Shown one piece after another: positions 21,272 through 31,260 of a stretch of DNA of 36,456 nt. Source of the DNA: Nitrospinota bacterium. Its GTDB lineage: Bacteria; UBA8248. A program made the translations under genes and the position numbers. Where the stretch lies: positions 1-36,456 of the forward strand of contig JASLZZ010000121.1 of the NCBI GenBank assembly GCA_030754595.1, in the 5' to 3' direction. Numbering within the stretch: the stretch's first letter is position 1; every line of letters begins with the position of its first letter. The notes under the pieces were generated by a model that saw only the letters and a program-made list of their open reading frames with translations, was not told the DNA's origin and did no database searches.

Positions 21272-21300
21272 GCCCTATCCTGTGTTTTTTGTGTGCCACT

Positions 21301-22677
21301 TCACGGGAGAGAGGGCGACCAGGAGGGCTCTTGTCCCAATTGAAGGCGTTTTAACTGGGTTCCAGCCGAAGTCATCACATAAACGTATTTCTGTCCCGAA
21401 CGATCTGAAGAAAACGCAATATTCCTGCCATCCGGAGACCAGGTGGGAGACTCATTCCTTCGCTGGCCCCCGGTCAGACGGCGCAAATCGCTCCCATCGG
21501 GATTCACGGTAACGATATCGATGGAAGAACCGTCCGTTACCCGGCCGGTAAAAGCGATTCGATCGCCCCTGGGGCTCCATTCCGGCTCTGTATTGTATGT
21601 CCCCCGCTGGGAAATTCGCCGAATTCCCGAACCATTGACGTTCATTACGTAAATCTGAGGGGACCCTCTGCGGCCCGAGGAAAACACGATTTTCCTTCCG
21701 TCCGGAGAAAAGGACGGCGAAACGTCGATTCCGAAATTTCGGGTAAGGCGCTTCCTCACACGGGAAAACATGTCGTATCGATAAAGTTCATAGTTTCGGC
21801 CGGTGAGCTGGGAGTAGGCGAAATAACGGCTGTCCGGAGAGAAACCCCCGCCAATCGCCTGGGCCCGCCTCGAACTCACGCGAAATTCCCTGCCCCCGTT
21901 CGTCGGAAGTATAAATACGCCGGGCACCATCGTTTTAAAAGACGAGTAGGCCAGCCATTTGCCGTCAGGCGACCAGGCGGGGGCGTTGTTGCCCTGCCCG
22001 TTGCGCGTGACGCGGCGGAGCTGGGCTCCGTCCCAGTCCATAATGTAGATTTCGCCCCGGTGTTTCAGGGAGCGGCGGGCCACGAAGGCGACCTGGGTGT
22101 GGAATATTCCCTTTTGGCCGGTGAACCGCTCGAGCACGGAGTTGGCGAACCGGTGTGCGAGCAACCTCCAGTTCGAACGGGGATAGCGATACCGCTTCCC
22201 GAGTTCCTGCGCCGCGCGGGCGGTGTCGTATAGATACATTTCCACTTCAATCGTATTTCCCGAAATGCGGTATCCACCCTTGATCAGTCCCTCAACCTTG
22301 ACCACGTTGAGCCATTCCTTGAAACGCTGCTCGTTTTTTCGGATTCCCGATTTAAGCGGATTCTCGAGATACCCTTTGCGGTTTCGGATGAAAAACAAGC
22401 CGCTGCGCTGAAGATCGGATTCGATTATCTCGGCGATGTGGAGCCCCATCGGGCTGCGTGGGCCCTCCTGCGGTCGAAGCTCGGGAATGGCGAGGCGAAT
22501 TCTCCTCGCGCTGGGCGAGTACAAATCCATATAAACGCGGCCCTTGGCCGCACCTTCGGCCCGCTCCGCGAAACCGCCCCCGGCCGGCAACGCGAACAAA
22601 ACAACCCCCGCGGCAATCCACCCGAGGCGGCAGCCAAATCTCCTCCGCCAGGTTCCGGTCCGAATCATCAGAAACAT
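21301..22677 (-). CDS. tolB: Tol-Pal beta-propeller protein TolB
   Basis: DLQRSGLF, AHRFAN..FTGQKGIF and repeated PxWSPDG (PD40) motifs; lies between tolA and pal. Confidence 0.93.
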   Translation of the reverse strand: MFLMIRTGTWRRRFGCRLGWIAAGVVLFALPAGGGFAERAEGAAKGRVYMDLYSPSARRIRLAIPELRPQEGPRSPMGLHIAEIIESDLQRSGLFFIRNRKGYLENPLKSGIRKNEQRFKEWLNVVKVEGLIKGGYRISGNTIEVEMYLYDTARAAQELGKRYRYPRSNWRLLAHRFANSVLERFTGQKGIFHTQVAFVARRSLKHRGEIYIMDWDGAQLRRVTRNGQGNNAPAWSPDGKWLAYSSFKTMVPGVFILPTNGGREFRVSSRRAQAIGGGFSPDSRYFAYSQLTGRNYELYRYDMFSRVRKRLTRNFGIDVSPSFSPDGRKIVFSSGRRGSPQIYVMNVNGSGIRRISQRGTYNTEPEWSPRGDRIAFTGRVTDGSSIDIVTVNPDGSDLRRLTGGQRRNESPTWSPDGRNIAFSSDRSGQKYVYVMTSAGTQLKRLQLGQEPSWSPSLP

Positions 22678-22682
22678 CTCCG

Positions 22683-23732
22683 TCAACGGCAAAAGTTCTG
22701 CCCGCAAAATCGAAAGCCCAGCGGAAGCCACTCTTCCGTCACCGTATTGGGCGGTGTCGGAAAGGAAGGGTTGGCGGCGCGCTGAACCGCCCGCAGCGCG
22801 GCGGTGTCGTATACCCGGTTTCCGCTCGTTTTCTCGATGCGGAGCCCGCGAATCGCACCCTCGCGCGATACGTCGAAAATCACAATGGTCTTTAGCTTAT
22901 CGAGATCGGTCAAACTCGGCGGAACGGTCCAAAAATTACTCACCCGCTCGCCCAGGAGACCATAGTAGCGGTCGATATCGGACCGCGCGACCCCGCCGCT
23001 CCAGCCGCCCAGACTCCCGCCGCCCTGGCCGTCGCCGCCGCCCTCGCCAAGGTATCCCGCTTTAGGCTTGGCCGGCGTATTTTTCGCGACGACGTTTCCG
23101 CTCTTCTTCTTCGTTTTACGGCTTTTTGGCTTAGCGGAAGGTGGCGCCACCGCCTTGCCCTTGACCAGTTTCTGGCGCTTTCTTCGCCATTTTTTCAGCC
23201 GCTCCTTGCGCGCTTTCAACCGCTTGTTCCGGGCCAGGCGCGCCTTGCTTATCTTTTTCTTCTTTTTCTTCTTTTTCTTCTTCGCCGGCAGCTTCCTGAC
23301 GGACTTTTTCGGAGGAGATTTTTTCTTTCGGGTCCGGCGTTTCCGCACCTTGGTCTTTTTTTTCTTTTTCTTTTTCTCGGGCGTGGCGATTTTTCGGGCC
23401 TTGCCGCCGCCGGGGGCCTTGGGCTGCTGCAAATCCTCCGGGCGGTCGCCGGATTTCCCGCGGGCCGAACCACCCGGGATTTCGTCCGCTCCCACTAGGC
23501 TAACCGCCGTTCCGCTCCCGAAGAAGCGGTAATTCGCCGACGAGGGAGTCCATGCGGCGGCGGCGAATATCACCGCATGAAGCACGACCGAAACCCCCCA
23601 GGCCCACCGGAACTTTTTGTCGCGGAAAAGAATACGCACCCCGCCATTAAACGGCGCTCCGCCGAAACCTCTAAGGGGCGGGGTGGAGCCGGAGGCTTCC
23701 CCGGAAGGGGGGTTGGGGGTTTTATCGCTCAT
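22683..23732 (-). CDS. tolA: TolA (TM helix, Lys-rich linker, TonB-C-like domain)
   Basis: SVVLHA TM motif, low-complexity linker, C-terminal SGNRVYDTAALRAV..FPTPP; synteny. Confidence 0.85.
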   Translation of the reverse strand: MSDKTPNPPSGEASGSTPPLRGFGGAPFNGGVRILFRDKKFRWAWGVSVVLHAVIFAAAAWTPSSANYRFFGSGTAVSLVGADEIPGGSARGKSGDRPEDLQQPKAPGGGKARKIATPEKKKKKKKTKVRKRRTRKKKSPPKKSVRKLPAKKKKKKKKKKISKARLARNKRLKARKERLKKWRRKRQKLVKGKAVAPPSAKPKSRKTKKKSGNVVAKNTPAKPKAGYLGEGGGDGQGGGSLGGWSGGVARSDIDRYYGLLGERVSNFWTVPPSLTDLDKLKTIVIFDVSREGAIRGLRIEKTSGNRVYDTAALRAVQRAANPSFPTPPNTVTEEWLPLGFRFCGQNFCR

Positions 23733-23747
23733 TTTACGAAACTGGGT

Positions 23748-24197
23748 TTATCGGCGGAGTGAGGTTTTTCCACTTTTTCGCTCCAGCGGGTCGGTCACCA
23801 TGTTGAGGCGCGTAATCCCCGCCTTGCGGATGACCGCCATTGTCCTCACCACATCGCCATAGGGTACCGCTTGATCGGCCCGAAGAAAAATCTCCTTGCG
23901 CGCCCGAGTTTCAAACAAGTGGAACAGCTTCACCTCGAGATCCTTCTGCTTCACCTGGTTGTCGTTGATGTAAACCCGCCGGCCGACATCCACCGTAATG
24001 ACAATGGCGTCCTCGGCCACGGTCGATGGAGCGGCCGCCACGTTGGGCAAATCGACATTCACCTGGCTCCGCTGCTGCTCGAGCATCGGAGCCGTCACCA
24101 TGAAAATAATCAGCAGGACGAGCATCACGTCCACGAGGGGGGTTACGTTGATGTCCGATAGGCGTGAGCCGCCGCCGCGGTTGATGTGAGCGGCCAA
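23748..24197 (-). CDS. tolR: TolR
   Basis: DINVTPLVDVMLVLLIIFMVTAP and LRADQAVPYG. Confidence 0.93.
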   Translation of the reverse strand: MAAHINRGGGSRLSDINVTPLVDVMLVLLIIFMVTAPMLEQQRSQVNVDLPNVAAAPSTVAEDAIVITVDVGRRVYINDNQVKQKDLEVKLFHLFETRARKEIFLRADQAVPYGDVVRTMAVIRKAGITRLNMVTDPLERKSGKTSLRR

Positions 24198-24213
24198 TGT
24201 CTGCTCCGGAGCT

Positions 24214-24972
24214 TTATAAGCTCATGAAATGGCGGCCGACGAGATTGAGAAAGTCCGCGGTGAAGTTCTCTATTTCGTCAGAGAGAACCTTGATGCGGTT
24301 CTGAAAGTGATTATACGCAATAACTGCGGGAATCGCAGCCGCCAGCCCGAGCGCCGTGGCGATCAGCGCCTCGCTGATTCCGGGAGCGACGACCGCAAGT
24401 CCTGCGGCCCCTTGGGTGCCGATGTCGCGAAACGAATTCATGATCCCCCAAACGGTTCCAAAAAGACCGATAAACGGGGTCGCGCTGGCCGTCGTAGCCA
24501 GAAAAGTAATGAGACGCTCGAGGTTTGAAATTTCCTGGTTCGCCGCCCGCCGGAGCGCGCGCTCCACGCTCTCCACACCCGACAACTCGGGGGTAAGGAT
24601 CGAGGAATCCTCGGACGAGTTTCTCGTCCTCGCCTGGAGGACATGCTCCGCCTCGCGGTAGCCCGCCGCGAATACTTCGACAACCGGATTGCCCTCGGTG
24701 ACGGCGGCCTCCTCGTAGAGTTGATCCAGCCGCTTGGCCTGCCAGAAAGTCAACAGAAAATCATCGCAGGCGACTTTCGCCCGCCGAAGCTCGATAAACT
24801 TCCAGATTATAATCGCCCAAGAGGTCAGCGAGAAAAAAATCAGGATGAGCAGGACAAAGAAAACAACCCCGGCGGAGCCAAAGGCCAGGCTCCAGATATT
24901 CATACCGGCCTGAGCGGCGGGCACGCTTTCGCCAACCGCCAGCGCCGGCGCAAGAATAAACTGCAAGACCAT
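24214..24972 (-). CDS. tolQ: TolQ
   Basis: SWAII, LATTASATPFIGLFGTVWGIM and VAPGISEALIATALGL. Start uncertain (24903-25023). Confidence 0.93.
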   Translation of the reverse strand: MVLQFILAPALAVGESVPAAQAGMNIWSLAFGSAGVVFFVLLILIFFSLTSWAIIIWKFIELRRAKVACDDFLLTFWQAKRLDQLYEEAAVTEGNPVVEVFAAGYREAEHVLQARTRNSSEDSSILTPELSGVESVERALRRAANQEISNLERLITFLATTASATPFIGLFGTVWGIMNSFRDIGTQGAAGLAVVAPGISEALIATALGLAAAIPAVIAYNHFQNRIKVLSDEIENFTADFLNLVGRHFMSL

Positions 24973-25045
24973 TCTCCATCGGGCGGGCAGCGAAAGTATT
25001 ACTTTTTTAACAATCACCGTCAATACAGTTGTTTTCAGCGAATCG

Positions 25046-25075
25046 TTGACATCAATTCTAAGCTCCGGCGATAAT
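25046..25075 (+). promoter_or_regulatory. Putative sigma70 promoter of the M20-slt-anmK-M20 operon
   Basis: TTGACA-N18-GATAAT ending 30 nt before the start at 25106. Confidence 0.6.
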
Positions 25076-25105
25076 CGGTAGTCTCACCGCCTACGGATCC
25101 ATGTC

Positions 25106-26323
25106 ATGGAACTCGAACGCATCAAATCCGCTGTCTCCGGGTACATCGATAAGGAAGCGCCCTCTCTTTGGTCCCTTTCCCTCGAACTCCACCGCCATCC
25201 CGAGGTGGCGTTTCAGGAAAAACGCGCCTCGGCGGCCGTCGCCCGATACCTGGAGGAGCGGGGCTTCGGCATCGAGATGGGGGTGGCTGACCTACCCACC
25301 GCTTTCAGGGCAAAACGGACGGCTAAGGACGCAAGCAAACCGGTGGTCTCGTTCATGGCCGAATACGACGCCCTCCCCAGCTTGGGGCACGCGTGCGGGC
25401 ACAACGTGATCGCCATGGCCAGCGCCGGGGCCGGCGCCGCGCTGGCCAATACCGTAGGGCCCGAGACTGGCGGCGTCCAGGTCCTCGGGACGCCCGCCGA
25501 AGAGGGCGGGGGCGGAAAAGTCATCATGGCGAAAAAGGGTTTTTTTCGGAGAATCGACGCCAACATGATGATGCATCCTTCGGGGGAGACCCGTGCGATG
25601 GTCAATTTCCTCGCCCTGGCGGAGCTTCGCTTTTGTTTTTACGGCAAAGCCTCCCATGCATCGGCGGCCCCCGAAAAAGGAATCAACGCGCTGGACGGCG
25701 TTCTCGCCGCATTCAACGCCATTTCCGCTCTCAGACAGCACCTTCCGCCGGGCGACAAGGTCCACGGAGTGATCACCGAGGGCGGAGAAGCGCCCAATAT
25801 CGTCCCCGAGAAGGCCGCCGCCTGGTTTTACGTCCGGAGCGAAACCGAAAAAGGCCTTGAAGATATCCTCCAGCGAGTCATCAACTGCGCCAGGGGGGCG
25901 GCGCGCTCCACCGGAACCAGGGTCCGCGTCGATAAAAACCCGATCACCTACGCGCCCATGCGCGTGAACGGGGAGCTGGCCTCTCTTTTCAGACGGAACC
26001 TCGAAAGCTTGGGCATCTTTGAGCCGGATCCGCTCCCACCCCTCGCCATGGGCTCCTCGGACGTCGGGAACGCCAGCCAGAATGTGCCCACCATTCATCC
26101 CGAGATTCAAATGGTATCCTCCGACACCTCCGCGCATACGCGGGCCTTCGCCGAGGCCGCTGGAGGAACCGCCGGGAAAAGAACCCTCTTCCTCGGGGCG
26201 AAAGCCCTCGCGATGACCGGCGTCGACATTCTCCTCGATAAAAAAGCGAGAGACAGGATCAAGCAAGAGTTTCGGATCGAGGGCCGCCGCCCCGCCTCAA
26301 GACCCCGGACCGCGGAAAAGTAA
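25106..26323 (+). CDS. M20 amidohydrolase, ACY1L2/PM20D2/HmrA-like subfamily
   Basis: HPEVAFQE, AEYDALP..GHACGHN, GTPAEEGGGGK, MMHP, GSSDVGNAS and VPTIHP. Confidence 0.9.
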   Translation: MELERIKSAVSGYIDKEAPSLWSLSLELHRHPEVAFQEKRASAAVARYLEERGFGIEMGVADLPTAFRAKRTAKDASKPVVSFMAEYDALPSLGHACGHNVIAMASAGAGAALANTVGPETGGVQVLGTPAEEGGGGKVIMAKKGFFRRIDANMMMHPSGETRAMVNFLALAELRFCFYGKASHASAAPEKGINALDGVLAAFNAISALRQHLPPGDKVHGVITEGGEAPNIVPEKAAAWFYVRSETEKGLEDILQRVINCARGAARSTGTRVRVDKNPITYAPMRVNGELASLFRRNLESLGIFEPDPLPPLAMGSSDVGNASQNVPTIHPEIQMVSSDTSAHTRAFAEAAGGTAGKRTLFLGAKALAMTGVDILLDKKARDRIKQEFRIEGRRPASRPRTAEK

Positions 26324-28617
26324 TGGTTCGGCGGAATGTTGTTTTCGCTCTCGCTCTGACATTCGCCACCGCATGTTCTTTTGCTTCCCTTTCCCATTCC
26401 GCTTCCAAAGGTCCGGCGCCGCCGCGCGGCTCGAAGCGGCATTCAAAATCCGGTTCCAGCTTGAACAAGGAAACAAAAAATAAAATAATCAAGAAACAAA
26501 AACCGGCTAAGCTCGCCGCGTTCCCAAAACATATCCTTCGTCTCATCAAAAAACGAAATTACAAAAAGTTGGCGGCCCGGCTGGAGGAGCAGACCTCCCC
26601 GCTGAATGGCCGCCGCCCCTTTTTACTCGGTTACGCTTCCCTGAAACTGAACCGGAGCCAGGACGCCGTATCCTATTTCAGGCGGGCCCTTCGCCGGGCG
26701 CCCGAGCTTAAGGCCCATATCCTTCATTTTTCGGCGAGGGCATCGCTGGCCGCCAAGGACGACGAAGCGGCAAAAAAGGCGCTGGAAAAACTGATCTTCG
26801 CCGACCCGGCGAGTACGCACGTCCCCGACTCTCTGGAGACGCTGGCCCGGATCGAGCATCGAGGCGGTAAGTATCTTCGCGCCGCCGCCCGGCTCGGCGA
26901 GTTGCTTCGCCATGAACCGAATCACGAAAACGCGGGTAAATTTCTGGCCCGAAGGGCAAAAGCCTTCGAGAGGGCCGGGCGCATGAGGGAAGCCGCGGTT
27001 TCATGGCGGCGATTATGGCTCCGCTACCCGGAGAGCGCCGCCTCAAAGCGCGCCCTGGACCGGGCGGGTGAAGCGGGCCAGGCCCTGGACCCTCCTCTTC
27101 GCCCCTTCGGGCCGCGCGACTATTTTCTCAGAGCCCGGCATCTTCAGAAAAAATATCACTTTGAAAAAGCCCTCGGGGCGTACCGGGAACTGACGCGCCT
27201 CTTTCCGGCCTCCCCCTATCGGCGCGAGGTCACGCTCTACGAATCACTCGCCCTTTATTCGCTCCGCCGGACCGAAAAAGCCCAGCGGGCGCTCAAGGAA
27301 GCCGTTCACCTGTTTCCCGCCGACTCGCCCGCCCGCGCGCAGGTCCGCTTCTTTTTGACCCGGAATCAGTTGCGCCGCCGCGATCAGCCGGCCTTCGAGT
27401 CGGAGGCAAGCAGGCTTTTGGAGGAGGCTCCCAACGGGACCTGGGCGGCGCGGACGCGATTTCTAATCGCGCGGGTCAGCGAGGACGACAGCGACTACGA
27501 AAAAGCCGCCCGCTTCTACCGGGAGGTCATTCAAAAGCACCCGCTATCGCCGCGCGCCTCGAAGGCCCGCTGGCAACTCTCGTGGATTCTTTTGAGAGAA
27601 AAAGATTATTTCAACGCGGCCCGGGGATTTGAAAAATTCGAGGCCATGCATCCAAATCACCGCCTCGCCTCCTCGGCCCTCTTTTGGGGCGCCGCGGCCG
27701 CCCTGCGCGCGGGAGAAAGGGAGAAGGCCGAGGCGCTCTATCTGAAATGCGCCCAGGTCTACCGGCACCGGTACTACGGCCAGCGGGCGATAGCCGCCCT
27801 CCGGCGCATAGCGCGCGAGTCGGGATTCGCTCCCAAGCCGATTCCCCGTCCCGCGGCCGGCTACCGGAACTGGCTTCGCCCGCCGAAGAATCCCTTCACC
27901 AGGGGTTCGCTAAACCGCTGGCGGGCGGGAGAGATGCTCGACTCCATGGGGCTTCATTTCATGGCCGCCGAGGAGTTCAAGCGGCTGGGGCCTTCCCCCT
28001 ACTTCAAGCTTCGGACCGCCAGGGCCTACCTCAACGGAAGGCGCTACGACATGGCGATAAAGATCATGCACAAATCCTTCTGGGATGCCGTCCGGTCGGG
28101 GGGAAAAGACCTGCCGCCATCTTTTTGGAAAATTGCGTTCCCGCTTCAAGAAAACAACAAAAGGCCGGGCGACGCCGATACGCTCCTCGTCAACGCCATC
28201 ATCCGCGCGGAGAGTTTTTTCGATCGGAATGCTTTTTCGCGCGCGGGAGCCATCGGACTCATGCAGCTCATGCCCGCCACGGCCCGGCGGCTTTCCCGGA
28301 AACTTAAAATCCCCCGGCCCTCGGACAAAGCGCTGTTCGACCCGGCGCTGAACGTACGCCTCGGAGCGCGTTATCTGGGCGATCTGGTAAAAGAATTCAA
28401 GGGAGAGCTGGTTCCGGCGATCGCCAGCTACAACGCCGGTAAAAACGCGGTCAAAAAGTGGTGGGACAAGCGGGGCGATGAGCCCGTCGAGGTGTTCATC
28501 GAGAGAATCCCTTATCAGGAAACGCGGAATTACGTGAAAAAAGTTCTCGGCTACCTTAATGAATATCGACGAATTTACGGAAAACGGCGCCAGGCTCCGG
28601 CGAAAGCGAAAAGGTGA
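26323..28617 (+). CDS. slt: Soluble lytic murein transglycosylase (TPR superhelix plus SLT domain)
   Basis: Signal peptide, TPR-like repeats, IIRAES (catalytic Glu), GAIGLMQLMP, ASYNAG and ETRNYVKKV. Confidence 0.92.
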   Translation: MVRRNVVFALALTFATACSFASLSHSASKGPAPPRGSKRHSKSGSSLNKETKNKIIKKQKPAKLAAFPKHILRLIKKRNYKKLAARLEEQTSPLNGRRPFLLGYASLKLNRSQDAVSYFRRALRRAPELKAHILHFSARASLAAKDDEAAKKALEKLIFADPASTHVPDSLETLARIEHRGGKYLRAAARLGELLRHEPNHENAGKFLARRAKAFERAGRMREAAVSWRRLWLRYPESAASKRALDRAGEAGQALDPPLRPFGPRDYFLRARHLQKKYHFEKALGAYRELTRLFPASPYRREVTLYESLALYSLRRTEKAQRALKEAVHLFPADSPARAQVRFFLTRNQLRRRDQPAFESEASRLLEEAPNGTWAARTRFLIARVSEDDSDYEKAARFYREVIQKHPLSPRASKARWQLSWILLREKDYFNAARGFEKFEAMHPNHRLASSALFWGAAAALRAGEREKAEALYLKCAQVYRHRYYGQRAIAALRRIARESGFAPKPIPRPAAGYRNWLRPPKNPFTRGSLNRWRAGEMLDSMGLHFMAAEEFKRLGPSPYFKLRTARAYLNGRRYDMAIKIMHKSFWDAVRSGGKDLPPSFWKIAFPLQENNKRPGDADTLLVNAIIRAESFFDRNAFSRAGAIGLMQLMPATARRLSRKLKIPRPSDKALFDPALNVRLGARYLGDLVKEFKGELVPAIASYNAGKNAVKKWWDKRGDEPVEVFIERIPYQETRNYVKKVLGYLNEYRRIYGKRRQAPAKAKR

Positions 28618-28618
28618 C

Positions 28619-29818
28619 ATGAATATTTCATCCGCGCGGGACCATATTGCCATCGGCCTGATGTCGGGAACCTCTGCGGACGGGGTGGACGCGGCGCTGG
28701 TGCGAATCGCCTCGGGCCCCCCGCCCGGGGTTGATGTTGTGGCGTTCTTGTCCGTTCCGTATCCGGATGAGCTTCAGCGCCGTGTGCTCGACGCGGGCGG
28801 GGAGCCCGGAGCTTTCACCGAGGAAATTTGCTCGCTTCACCGCGAGGTCGGCGACGCCTTCGCCGGGGTCGCTCTCGCCTTGTTGGACTCCTCGGGGGTG
28901 GCGCCGAGGGAGGTGGATTTCATCGGCAGCCATGGTCAAACGGTGCGGCATCTGCCCGTGGGAGGCGAGGGCCCGGGGGGCCGGCTTCTTCCTTCGACGC
29001 TCCAAATCGGAGACCCCGCCGTAATCGCGGAGCGGACGGGCAGCACGGTCGTCTCGGATTTTCGCGCCCGGGACGTGGCCGCGGGCGGCATGGGCGCGCC
29101 CCTCACCCCATGGGCGCACCGGATTCTCTTCGGGCGCCCGGACCGGCCGGCTGCGTTCGTCAACCTCGGTGGAATATCGAACATCACCTATATCCCCCCG
29201 GCGAATGAAAAGGGGCTCACCGGCTTCGACGCCGGACCGGCGAATATGGCGCTCGACGTGCTGGCCCGAAAAATTTCGGGCGGGCGGGAGCGTTTTGATC
29301 GCGGCGGCGAGATGGCGGCGCGGGGCCGGGTGAACGAGGAAGCGCTTGCCTCCCTCATGAATCATCCCTATCTAAAGCTTCCGCCGCCGAAGAGCACCGG
29401 GCGCGAAACCTTCGGCGAAACTTTTTTAGACGAGACGCTTGCCCTTTTCGGCGGGCTCGGCATGGTCCCCGAGGACCGGATGGCCACCTTGACGGCATTT
29501 TCGGCGGAATGCATCGTTCACGCCGTCCGCGCGAATTTTCCCGCCGATTCGCCCCCGGCCGAATTCATCGCGGGAGGAGGAGGCGCGAACAATCATTCGA
29601 TCATGGTTCGCCTGGCGGAAGGGCTCGGCTCGGCCCCTCTGGTGACCAGCGCCGACCGCGGTGTTTCTCCCGATGCGGTGGAGGCGGTCGCTTTCGCCCT
29701 CCTCGGATGGGCAGCCCTTAGAGGAGAACCGGCCAACGTTCCGGCGGCCACGGGAGCGGAGCGGGTCGTCATTCTGGGCAACATCACGCCCGGCAAGAAT
29801 TATCTCTCGGTGCTTTAG
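28619..29818 (+). CDS. anmK: Anhydro-N-acetylmuramic acid kinase
   Basis: GLMSGTSADGVDAAL, GSHGQT, DFRARDVAAGGMGAPL, NLGGISN, FDAGPAN, PKSTGRE and EAVAFA. Confidence 0.95.
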   Translation: MNISSARDHIAIGLMSGTSADGVDAALVRIASGPPPGVDVVAFLSVPYPDELQRRVLDAGGEPGAFTEEICSLHREVGDAFAGVALALLDSSGVAPREVDFIGSHGQTVRHLPVGGEGPGGRLLPSTLQIGDPAVIAERTGSTVVSDFRARDVAAGGMGAPLTPWAHRILFGRPDRPAAFVNLGGISNITYIPPANEKGLTGFDAGPANMALDVLARKISGGRERFDRGGEMAARGRVNEEALASLMNHPYLKLPPPKSTGRETFGETFLDETLALFGGLGMVPEDRMATLTAFSAECIVHAVRANFPADSPPAEFIAGGGGANNHSIMVRLAEGLGSAPLVTSADRGVSPDAVEAVAFALLGWAALRGEPANVPAATGAERVVILGNITPGKNYLSVL

Positions 29819-29857
29819 GGTGGACGGAAAAACGCTTTCGCGGCGAACGGGAGACGG

Positions 29858-31072
29858 ATGTCTCCACCGGAGGACGCGATGGACAGCGCGCTGATCGACG
29901 AAACCGTGTCGTTGACCCGCGAACTCGTGCGCGTCCGGAGCGAGAACCCCGGCGGCACCGAAGCCGGCATGATGGAGCGCACCGAAGCCTTTCTTCGGGG
30001 ACTGGGCCTCGATGTGCAGCGCGATGAAGTCATCGACGGACGCCAGAATATCACCGCCGAATTAAGCGCCTCACCGTTAAACGCCTCAACGGGCGCACCC
30101 ACACTCGTTTTTCTGAACCACATGGACACCGTTCCCGCCGGGGACGGCTGGACGCGCGATCCGTTTTCAGCCGAGGTCTCCGGGGGGAAACTCTGGGGGC
30201 GCGGCGCATGCGACATGAAAGGGGGCCTGGCCGCCGCCTTGATCGCCGTTAAATCCCTGAAAGCGAAACTGGACCAAGGGGCGAAACTCCGGCGGTCGGT
30301 TAGAACCTGCCTTGTGGTGGATGAGGAATGCCAGTGGATGCAGGGGGTGTCGAAGGCGGTGGATCTCGGTCGAATCGCGAGGGAGGATGTCGTCATCTCC
30401 TGCGAGCCCACCGGCCTTGAGCTGAAAACGGCGCAAAAAGGCGCGATGTGGTTCGAGTTGCTCTTCTCCGGACGGAGCGCCCACGCCGCAGCCCCCCAAA
30501 TGGGCGTCAACGCTATTCAGGCGGCGGCGAGAACCCTCGTTCGCCTCGAGGAGATGGCCGCCTCGATGGAGACCACCCACGATCTGTTGGGAAAAACCAC
30601 CATCGTTACGAGTGTTATTCGGGGCGGAAGCAAAACCAACATCGTGCCCGACAGCTGCCGCATCGAGGTGGATGTCCGGTTCATCCCGCCGCTGACCATC
30701 CCCGAGGTTCGCGCCCTTTTGTCGGATGCGGCCGAGGAGGCCTGCAAAAGCGTTCCGGGCGCCTCGGCCGCGCTCCAGACCCTCTCTGTCGATCGACCCC
30801 CTATCCTCTCCAATCTTCAGGGGCCGGGAGCGAAAATCATCGGTGAGGCCATATCCGAAATCACCGGCGCGCCCCCCCGGCCGGCCGGTGTCAGCTACTA
30901 CACGGACGCGGGCCTGGCCGCCGCGCGCACCGGAAACTCTCAATGCTTCCTGATAGGGCCCGGAAACATCGAACAGGCGCACAGTCCCGACGAATTTATC
31001 GGGGTGGAGGAGCTTCGGAGGGCCGCCGTTGTTCTCGCGAGGATTATCGAAAAATTCGCCCTGACTCCCTAA
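29858..31072 (+). CDS. M20A ArgE/DapE-family metallo-deacylase/peptidase
   Basis: HMDTVP, GRGACDMKGG, VDEE, CEPT, GRSAHAA, NIVPD and AHSPDEF. Alternative start at 29879. Confidence 0.9.
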   Translation: MSPPEDAMDSALIDETVSLTRELVRVRSENPGGTEAGMMERTEAFLRGLGLDVQRDEVIDGRQNITAELSASPLNASTGAPTLVFLNHMDTVPAGDGWTRDPFSAEVSGGKLWGRGACDMKGGLAAALIAVKSLKAKLDQGAKLRRSVRTCLVVDEECQWMQGVSKAVDLGRIAREDVVISCEPTGLELKTAQKGAMWFELLFSGRSAHAAAPQMGVNAIQAAARTLVRLEEMAASMETTHDLLGKTTIVTSVIRGGSKTNIVPDSCRIEVDVRFIPPLTIPEVRALLSDAAEEACKSVPGASAALQTLSVDRPPILSNLQGPGAKIIGEAISEITGAPPRPAGVSYYTDAGLAAARTGNSQCFLIGPGNIEQAHSPDEFIGVEELRRAAVVLARIIEKFALTP

Positions 31073-31142
31073 AATCTGAATTTTTTGATTGTTTTTTCGC
31101 GAACATTAAAATTCTAACAGTTGTACCATCCCTTTTTTTAGG

Positions 31143-31212
31143 TATATCTTTCAAGTAGATATATCGAACATGAAAGTGGGGTTTTGACGATACTGGCGGA
31201 GTCTGCGATAAG
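31143..31212 (+). promoter_or_regulatory. Operator-like palindrome and putative promoter of the cNMP-binding gene
   Basis: TATATCT-N7-AGATATA (31143-31163) and TTGACG-N17-GATAAG (31184-31212) in an AT-rich intergenic region. Confidence 0.4.
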
Positions 31213-31260
31213 TGTTTTCTTCGGGCACCCTTCAAACTCGCATTCATCACTCCGGGAGCA

